Below, piece after piece: positions 34,528-40,827 of a DNA stretch of 47,947 nt (the first letter of the stretch is position 1; each line of letters opens with the position of its first letter). The DNA lies in assembly GCA_031432155.1 (NCBI GenBank), contig JASJPP010000030.1, positions 1-47,947 on the forward strand, read 5' to 3'. This DNA is from Patescibacteria group bacterium. GTDB taxonomy: Bacteria; Patescibacteriota; Minisyncoccia; UBA6257; UBA9933. Under the pieces are notes generated by a model that did not search any database, was not told where the DNA came from, and was given only the letters and a program-made list of their open reading frames with translations. The position numbers were made by a program, and so were the translations under genes.

Positions 34528-35064
34528 ATGGCCCTGGCAAAACTTTTTTTAATTATCGGCGGGATAGTGATGGCGGGCGCGGTTGGGTTTGTGGCTTATA
34601 AAAATTATTATTCTTCCTGGTCCGGCGGCTCCGTAGAAATTTCCGGAACGCCGACTGACGGCATAAAAATGGATATCCCCGATTATACCGGTAAAAAAAT
34701 AGGAGAAGTTGAATGGATAGGCGCCCCGAAAGACTTGCCTCCGCCTTTCGGAACGCTCATACCGATTTTTGAACCGTCCCAGCAGGCCGGTAAAACGCAG
34801 ATAGATGATTCTGTCGTGCTGGCGCTTTTTACTTCCGCCGGCAAGGACGCGGTAAAAGATTTTTATCTGGGCGTTTATAACGACAAGTGGGCCAAAGACG
34901 GGTGGGTGATTGACAATAAACCGCCCGGACTCGGGAAAATTCTTTCTATCTCCAAAGAAAGCTCCGGCTGGAAAGAAACCGTCATTATCGGCATTTTCCC
35001 GAATAAAGACGAGAGTAAGCCGTCAGTTTTCACCATCACTTATCAGAAAAAGAAAGCGGATTGA
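34528..35064 (+). CDS. hypothetical membrane-anchored extracytoplasmic protein
   Basis: 178 aa. N-terminal TM (LFLIIGGIVMAGAVGFVAY), then a soluble domain. Confidence 0.6.
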   Translation: MALAKLFLIIGGIVMAGAVGFVAYKNYYSSWSGGSVEISGTPTDGIKMDIPDYTGKKIGEVEWIGAPKDLPPPFGTLIPIFEPSQQAGKTQIDDSVVLALFTSAGKDAVKDFYLGVYNDKWAKDGWVIDNKPPGLGKILSISKESSGWKETVIIGIFPNKDESKPSVFTITYQKKKAD

Positions 35065-35093
35065 TTGACGTTTGCGGCAGATGTCAAAAAATC

Positions 35094-35123
35094 AAAACAG
35101 TCCGTTTGCCGGACTGTTTTTTG
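35094..35123. terminator. bidirectional intrinsic terminator
   Basis: acagtccg (35097-35104) pairs with cggactgt (35110-35117). Flanked by an A-run upstream and a T-run downstream, between convergent genes. Confidence 0.7.
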
Positions 35124-35209
35124 TGTTGGCGCAGTATTCTTGAATTAGTCCAAACGCATTTCGCTCCGCCAGCTGGCGAATCAAGTTTTTCTTTGGCGGC
35201 ATTCAATTC

Positions 35210-35443
35210 CTATTTCGGAAAACCAAGAAAAATATATCCCTTATCACAAGATGACTCAACATAATCAATTTGTGCCTGAAGTGCCTCTCGGTCAGCTCGC
35301 AATTCCGGAACAACTAAAGCTGGCAGGGCATTTACTGAATTATAAATACAGGTTAGCTTCCGGTCCATTTTACTTATTTGCCACTGCAAGGCGAGTAGGA
35401 AACTTATACCGAAGACTATCCAATAGATGTATGATTTTTGCAT
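35210..35443 (-). CDS. small membrane protein (77 aa), function unknown
   Basis: N-terminal TM (YIYWIVFGISFLLAL). Downstream of the RDD gene on the same strand. Confidence 0.5.
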   Translation of the reverse strand: MQKSYIYWIVFGISFLLALQWQISKMDRKLTCIYNSVNALPALVVPELRADREALQAQIDYVESSCDKGYIFLGFPK

Positions 35444-35472
35444 ATCAGATTTATAAAATTATAATTTCAAAT

Positions 35473-35934
35473 TTAGGAACTATGCGTTTTATTCACAACA
35501 AGACAACCGGCCATTTTATCGTGAAGACCCTGTTTTCTTGCAGTAAAAGCAATCATAAGAAATCCTATGCCGAGGATAAACCCGGAAATTATTTGTCCGA
35601 AATAACGACCCGATGCTTTTCCGAAAGATACACGCTTGCCAAACAAATCAGTAACTATTATTCCAAGAGCCATTTTGCCGAGAGTCGCTTGTTTAACAGA
35701 ACTTTCCATGACTGCTTGGTAAATCCAAACAAGCAGAAAACTCAAAATGAAACTAAGAATATAATCCTCGGCAAATCCAGCAAACTCTGCTTTGCCTGTA
35801 AGAACATCGTAGGGAACTCCAAATATAAAACCAATGATAAAACCGCCGATAGACACAATAAACATGTCGATAATAAAAGCGGCAAATCTTTTCCAAAAAC
35901 CAGCGTAACTAAAAGTTGTATTTTGTGGTTCCAT
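35473..35934 (-). CDS. RDD-family membrane protein
   Basis: YAGFWKRFAAFIIDMFIV ... RKQGLHDKMAGCLVV (RDD signature). ATG 35934 preferred over the TTG at 35961. Confidence 0.75.
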   Translation of the reverse strand: MEPQNTTFSYAGFWKRFAAFIIDMFIVSIGGFIIGFIFGVPYDVLTGKAEFAGFAEDYILSFILSFLLVWIYQAVMESSVKQATLGKMALGIIVTDLFGKRVSFGKASGRYFGQIISGFILGIGFLMIAFTARKQGLHDKMAGCLVVNKTHSS

Positions 35935-36067
35935 ACGATTAAAAATTTTTCTTTCCCCCAAAATGCGAAACCGCCAATTCGTTTTTGCCCCGAAAATTCA
36001 ATACGAATTAGTCGCCGATCCGCCAGTTGGCGGAGAGGCGAACCAAAACTCTTTGACTTTTCCTACG

Positions 36068-36151
36068 TGGTGCCCGAGGGGAGAGTCGAACTCCCATGCC
36101 TTGCGGCACACGATTTTGAGTCGTGCATGTCTGCCATTCCATCACCCGGGC
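36068..36151 (-). tRNA. tRNA-Leu(CAA)
   Basis: The reverse complement folds as a class II tRNA: acceptor GCCCGGG/CTCGGGC, anticodon loop CTCAAAA, 13-nt variable arm, T-loop TTCGACT, encoded CCA. Confidence 0.9.
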
Positions 36152-36249
36152 GTGATTTTGCCGCCAATAATGGCATATTAGCATATTTTGGTTTATAGTA
36201 AATATATTATTATTTCAAATTTTGATTTTTGCGTTTTGAGTTATTTATC

Positions 36250-37020
36250 ATGGCCCGCGTAATCGCTGTTTGCAATCAAAAAGGAGGAGTGGGGAAGACC
36301 ACCACTTCCATAAATCTGGGGAGTTATCTGGCGGCTTTTGGCAAAAAAGTTTTACTTGTTGATTTTGATCCGCAGGCAAACGCCAGCTCCGGCGCCGGCG
36401 TTAATCCGAAAAACGCCGATGAAAATATTTACAACGGCATTTTGGAACGCGCTTTCCCCGAGAACATTGTAAAAAAAACGGCGGTTCCGAATTTTCATCT
36501 AATTCCTTCAAGCCAGCATTTGGCCGGCGCGCTGGTGGAGCTGGTGAATATGCCGGAGCGTGAATATTATTTGAGAAAATTCATAAACCGCTTGCGGCAT
36601 CAATACGATTACATATTGGTTGACCTGCCGCCGTCTTTGAGTTTGCTTACCGTCAATGGTTTGGTGGCGGCCGATGAAGCGCTTATTCCGGTGGCCAGCG
36701 AATACTACGGACTGGAGGGTTTGAGCCAGCTTTTGGGGACGATTGATTTGATCAATAAAAATCTGAACCAGCGCCTGAAAATCAGCGGCATTCTTTTGAC
36801 GATGTACGATAAAAGAGAGCGTTTGCCGCGCGAAGTGGCCAAAGAAATCCGGCGTTATTTCCCCCAATATATTTTTGAAACGGAAATCCCGCGCTGCGTG
36901 TCCTTGGCTGAAGCGCCGAGTTTCGCCAAGCCGATTGTTTTGTACAAACCTTCGTCGTCCGGCGCCCTTGCTTACGGCCGACTGGCAAAAGAGATTATCG
37001 GCCAGGAACACGGCGCTTGA
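36250..37020 (+). CDS. parA: chromosome partitioning ATPase ParA/Soj
   Basis: Deviant Walker A NQKGGVGKTTT, DFDPQANAS, LVDLPPS motifs. ATG 36250 preferred. Confidence 0.93.
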   Translation: MARVIAVCNQKGGVGKTTTSINLGSYLAAFGKKVLLVDFDPQANASSGAGVNPKNADENIYNGILERAFPENIVKKTAVPNFHLIPSSQHLAGALVELVNMPEREYYLRKFINRLRHQYDYILVDLPPSLSLLTVNGLVAADEALIPVASEYYGLEGLSQLLGTIDLINKNLNQRLKISGILLTMYDKRERLPREVAKEIRRYFPQYIFETEIPRCVSLAEAPSFAKPIVLYKPSSSGALAYGRLAKEIIGQEHGA

Positions 37021-37055
37021 TTTTTTATTAACCAATCAAAAACAAATTAATGCGT

Positions 37056-37086
37056 AAAAAAAAGAGGAGTTTTGGCCGGACTCCTC
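37056..37086 (-). terminator. intrinsic terminator of the small gene inserted between parA and parB
   Basis: gaggagt (37064-37070) pairs with actcctc (37080-37086). On the minus-strand RNA it is followed by eight U. Confidence 0.7.
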
Positions 37087-37099
37087 AAACCGGTTATTC

Positions 37100-37357
37100 T
37101 TAGTAATGGTAGTAATATCTCCCTCTCGTCTCTTCATTCTTTCGATCTTCTTTGAAATGTTCCAGGTGCTGATCATACAGCACCCAGAAAGCGCCACTGG
37201 ATACCCATGTCGTAAATCCCGCGAACATTAACGCCAGGCCGGTGCAATCATCGCTCCCCCATGCTTGATAACTGAAGTAGAAAAACCCTCCTCCGATAAT
37301 CGGGAGGATAAACCTTCCGACGTAATCTCCTAAGCTAAAAATCGGCTTGATACTCAT
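37100..37357 (-). CDS. small two-TM membrane protein (85 aa) with Tyr/His-rich C-terminus
   Basis: SD GGAGG 5 nt before ATG 37357 (the track start 37369 lies within the SD). Has its own consensus promoter and terminator. Confidence 0.6.
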   Translation of the reverse strand: MSIKPIFSLGDYVGRFILPIIGGGFFYFSYQAWGSDDCTGLALMFAGFTTWVSSGAFWVLYDQHLEHFKEDRKNEETRGRYYYHY

Positions 37358-37466
37358 TTCTTCCTCCATGGCCGTTCTCGGCCGCTAAATTTTCCGGCGG
37401 CGATATGCCTTCAACCCGAATTATTCAGGTTTACCGGAGTTATTATCAATGTGCCCTATTTTAGAT

Positions 37467-37494
37467 ATTATAACAAATTATAAGATTTTGTCAA
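37467..37494 (-). promoter_or_regulatory. sigma70 promoter TTGACA-16-TATAAT for the small gene between parA and parB
   Basis: Minus strand reads TTGACA (37494-37489), a 16-nt spacer, then TATAAT (37472-37467). Confidence 0.6.
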
Positions 37495-37557
37495 TAATGA
37501 CAAGATTGATTAATTTTGCGTCTTGAATAAAGCGTTTTTTTATGAGAATATAACGCT

Positions 37558-38769
37558 ATGTCTTTAGGCAGGGGTCTTGAATCTTTAATACCGTCGCGGG
37601 CCGGCAATTCTTCCGGCAGCGATAATTCGTCGGATGAAGGAAGTCAAATCGCGGAAAAAAGAAATGAGCCGGCGGCTCAAAATAATCAAAGCAACGATTT
37701 AAATCAATCAACCGGAATTCAGGAATCTCCAGCTTCGGTTGCGCCGGCTCCGGTTTCAATTTCGGAGCCAGTTTCAACTCCGGGTTCAGCTCCGGGTGGG
37801 GCTTGGGTTGCTCCCGCTGCCATTGATAAAATCGCTGAGCCGGCTGGAAATCCAGAAATTATTCAACAGCCAGAGCGACCCGTTTCTTTTATTTCCGCCG
37901 GAGATAAAAAATCTTTTAAAGAAGCGGTTTTTCACGTTGAATTGTCAAAAATCAAGCCGAATCCGCACCAGCCGCGTCGTGATTTTGACGAAGAATCCTT
38001 GAAAGAGTTGGCTGTTTCCATCCGTGAATTCGGCATTCTTCAGCCGCTGGTGGTTTCTAAAATTGAAAAAGAAACGGATTTTGGCAGTGACGTGGAGTAT
38101 CAGTTGATCGCCGGCGAAAGGCGTTGGCGGGCGGCTCAAATGCTCGGCTTGGAAAGAGTTCCGGTAATCGTCAAAAACGTCGCCAAGGATTCCGAGCGTC
38201 TGGAAATGGCGATAGTGGAAAATCTTCAGCGCAGCGATTTGAATCCGATTGAAACGGCCCGCGCTTACGCCAAACTTCAAGATGTTTTTGGTCTGACTCA
38301 GCGGGAAGTCGCTTCCCGTCTCGGCAAAAGCCGTGAAACGATCGCCAACTCTCTGCGGCTTCTGAATTTGCCTCAAGAAATTCAGGACGCGCTGGCCAAA
38401 GGGAAAATTAATGAAAGCCAGGCGCGACTGCTTTTAACGGTTGAGGAAGCTCCGACTCAAAAAGCGCTGCTTGAGGACTTGCTGAACAACAATTTAAGCG
38501 TCCGCGAATTGCGCGGCCGCATTAGAAAGAACCGGCCGTCATCCGACCAGCAGAGCGATTTCGCCGCCGCCGGTGAATTATTAAAAGCGGTTGATCCGGA
38601 AATTTTAAATTTCCAGGAACAATTGGCCGAGCTTTTGGGAGCGCAGGTTAAAATCGAGAAAACCGACAAGTCCGGCAAAATCATCATTACTTTTTATTCG
38701 CCGGAAGAAATCCAGGGAATCATTAAAAAACTGGACAATCGCCAAAACCAAGATCAAATTAATTTGTAA
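37558..38769 (+). CDS. parB: chromosome partitioning protein ParB/Spo0J with a ~100-aa low-complexity insertion after the N-terminal peptide
   Basis: N-terminal SLGRGLESLIP, ParB box IKPNPHQPRRDF, GERRWRAA arginine patch, HTH region, C-terminal dimerisation region. Confidence 0.93.
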   Translation: MSLGRGLESLIPSRAGNSSGSDNSSDEGSQIAEKRNEPAAQNNQSNDLNQSTGIQESPASVAPAPVSISEPVSTPGSAPGGAWVAPAAIDKIAEPAGNPEIIQQPERPVSFISAGDKKSFKEAVFHVELSKIKPNPHQPRRDFDEESLKELAVSIREFGILQPLVVSKIEKETDFGSDVEYQLIAGERRWRAAQMLGLERVPVIVKNVAKDSERLEMAIVENLQRSDLNPIETARAYAKLQDVFGLTQREVASRLGKSRETIANSLRLLNLPQEIQDALAKGKINESQARLLLTVEEAPTQKALLEDLLNNNLSVRELRGRIRKNRPSSDQQSDFAAAGELLKAVDPEILNFQEQLAELLGAQVKIEKTDKSGKIIITFYSPEEIQGIIKKLDNRQNQDQINL

Positions 38770-40469
38770 TTTATTTCTTTCACTCCTTTTATTTCTTTTA
38801 GTTTCAAGACAAGCCTTTCCGTTTTTTCTTTATTATTCAGTTCGCAGCGGATTTTAATAACCGGAAAGTGCGTGGCGGGCGGCACGTTGACGCTGATGAT
38901 ATTGATGTGAGAACGGGAAATGGCCGCTGAAACGTCTTTTAATATGCCGACGCGGTCTTCGGCCGTGATGCGGAATTCCGTCCGGAGAGGATGTTTTTTC
39001 AGCAAGGGATTTTCTTTCATCGCCCCCTTAACGGCTTTTTTGGCGATGTTGGTTTTGACGAAATCCAACCATGAAGCCGACGGTTTTTTGCTTTTTTGCG
39101 TCAGGATTTCCACCAGATCGCCGGATTGAAGCCGGTAATCCAAAGGAGAGATTTTGTCGTTCACTTTGGCGCCGATGCACTGGTTGCCTATTTCCGTGTG
39201 GATGGCGTAGGCGAAATCAACCGGCGTGGAGCCGGACGGCAAGTCAATCACCCCGCCTTTCGGCGTGACGGCGAAAATCCTATCTTTCAAAAAATCGATT
39301 TTAAGGGATTGAAGAAATTCGGCGGAATCGGCAATGCCGCTCTGCCATTCTTTTAGTTGATTTACCCAGGCGAGTTCTTTTTTGTCGGCAAAAACCGCTT
39401 TTTTTTCGCGGTATTGTTTTCCGGTTTTGGCTTCGGCGTAGGCCCAATAGGCGGCGATGCCGTTTTCCGCTTCGTCGTGCATTTCCGGCGTTCGGATTTG
39501 GAACTCCGTCGGTTTGTTGTTCAGGCAAAAAACCGTGGTATGGATGGATCGGTAGCCGTTGGGTTTCGGCATGGCGATGTAATCCTTTATTTTGCCGGGC
39601 AAGGGCGGCCAAAGCTGATGGATTATTCCCAGAATCGCGTAACACTCCTCGGTGTTTTTGGCGACTATTCTTAAAGCCACCAAATCGTAGATTTGTTCCA
39701 GATTCATGTCGTAGCGAAGCAATTTTTTATACAAACTGCTGTAGCGCTTGACTCGGGAATCAATTTTTATCGGCGCGATATTGCTTTCTTTAAGCGCCGG
39801 TTCAATGATTTTTTTCACGTCTTCCAGATATTTTTCTTTTTCTTCGTATCGCTCTTTGACGTTTTTGACGAGCCATTGGTATTTGTCGGGATAAAGATAA
39901 GGGAAAGCCAGATCTTCCAGCTGGCCGGCCAAATTTTGCATCCCCAGCCGATAAGCCAGGGGCGCGTAGACCTCTGAAGTTTCCAGGGAAATCCTTTTTT
40001 GTTTCAAAGGCGGCAGGGCAAAAAGCGTTTTCATATTGTGAAGACGATCAGCCAATTTTATTAAAACTACCCGCAAGTCCTTGCTTAAAGCCAGAATCAT
40101 TTTCCGCAAATTTTCGGCCTGGGCTTCTTCTTTGCCGCGGTATTTAAGATGGCCAAGCTTGGTGACTCCGTCAACCAAAAAGGCGATTTCCTCCCCGAAT
40201 TCTTTTTTGACGTCGTCAATGGCAAATTTCGTGTCTTCGGGAACGTCGTGGAGCAGCCCGGCGGCGACGGCCGAAGCGTCTAATCGCCATTCGGCGAGTT
40301 GAAGGGCGGTCTGATAAGCGTGATTAAAAAACGGTTCTCCTGATTTTCTTTTCTGGCCCTGGTGGGCGATATGGGAAAAGCCGAAAGCTTTTTCAATAAG
40401 TCCGGACTCTTCTTCGTTTAAAGGCCTTGCTTCATTGATTTTTAGAATTAACTCCTTGACATCGCCCAT
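38754..40469 (-). CDS. rel: bifunctional (p)ppGpp synthetase/hydrolase, RelA/SpoT homolog
   Basis: HD hydrolase motif (HDVPEDT), synthetase block (GYRSIHTTV), TGS domain, C-terminal ACT-like domain. 16-nt convergent overlap with parB. Confidence 0.9.
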   Translation of the reverse strand: MGDVKELILKINEARPLNEEESGLIEKAFGFSHIAHQGQKRKSGEPFFNHAYQTALQLAEWRLDASAVAAGLLHDVPEDTKFAIDDVKKEFGEEIAFLVDGVTKLGHLKYRGKEEAQAENLRKMILALSKDLRVVLIKLADRLHNMKTLFALPPLKQKRISLETSEVYAPLAYRLGMQNLAGQLEDLAFPYLYPDKYQWLVKNVKERYEEKEKYLEDVKKIIEPALKESNIAPIKIDSRVKRYSSLYKKLLRYDMNLEQIYDLVALRIVAKNTEECYAILGIIHQLWPPLPGKIKDYIAMPKPNGYRSIHTTVFCLNNKPTEFQIRTPEMHDEAENGIAAYWAYAEAKTGKQYREKKAVFADKKELAWVNQLKEWQSGIADSAEFLQSLKIDFLKDRIFAVTPKGGVIDLPSGSTPVDFAYAIHTEIGNQCIGAKVNDKISPLDYRLQSGDLVEILTQKSKKPSASWLDFVKTNIAKKAVKGAMKENPLLKKHPLRTEFRITAEDRVGILKDVSAAISRSHINIISVNVPPATHFPVIKIRCELNNKEKTERLVLKLKEIKGVKEINYKLI

Positions 40470-40475
40470 AAATAT

Positions 40476-40504
40476 AGTATAACATTATTTCGGAAATTTG
40501 TCAT
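40476..40504 (-). promoter_or_regulatory. rel promoter ATGACA-17-TATACT, with the -10 6 nt before the ATG (leaderless geometry)
   Basis: Read on the minus strand: -35 at 40504-40499, -10 at 40481-40476, ATG at 40469. Confidence 0.5.
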
Positions 40505-40531
40505 TATAATTCAACAAAGGAGGTGGTTAAG

Positions 40532-40777
40532 ATGTACCAATGCGAGAGGTGCTTTGAATATGTGTTGCCGCAATACCGCAATTACAGCTGCGGTATTTGC
40601 GGGGGCAAGCCCCCTCACCGCAAGACGGGGGCGAGTCTCCAAGAATTGATGAAGTTGGAAGAGTTTCGCCGTTGTTGCGTATGCGGCGAGACCACCGCCT
40701 TTCCAAAGGGGGTGGATTTCAAAAAGGAGGAATGCGACCGATGCCGTAGCGTCGGCTCGCTCATCATCAGAATGTAA
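40532..40777 (+). CDS. small double zinc-ribbon protein (81 aa, four CxxC pairs)
   Basis: CERC, CGIC, CCVC, CDRC. SD AAGGAGGTG 6 nt before ATG 40532. Followed by a terminator. Confidence 0.65.
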   Translation: MYQCERCFEYVLPQYRNYSCGICGGKPPHRKTGASLQELMKLEEFRRCCVCGETTAFPKGVDFKKEECDRCRSVGSLIIRM

Positions 40778-40788
40778 TGCGGGAACTC

Positions 40789-40827
40789 AAGAGGTCTTTC
40801 TGTTTATCGGGAACGGCCTCTTTTTTT
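40789..40827 (+). terminator. intrinsic terminator after the zinc-ribbon gene
   Basis: aagaggtc (40789-40796) pairs with ggcctctt (40815-40822, one G-U), followed by a T7 run that overlaps the topA stop. Confidence 0.6.

Noticed and set aside
35251-36198. 315-aa plus-strand ORF
   Set aside because: It runs antisense through two minus-strand genes, one a recognisable RDD protein, and straight through tRNA-Leu. Its sequence is low-complexity and lacks motifs.
33332-37369. Elevated GC as evidence of foreign origin for the 84-aa, 85-aa and zinc-ribbon orphan genes
   Set aside because: Hand counts give about 48-55% GC, within the window's normal gene-to-gene range (roughly 40-57%). Only the lipoprotein gene at 10913 stands out compositionally, so the argument for these three genes rests on SD and terminator context, not GC.
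37921-37945. parS-like sequence inside parB (ggtttttcacgttgaattg), by analogy with the parS within B. subtilis spo0J
   Set aside because: The two half-sites are out of register (cacgttgaa vs cacgtgaaa), giving a poor match to TGTTNCACGTGAAACA. This is most likely just the coding sequence for AVFHVEL.
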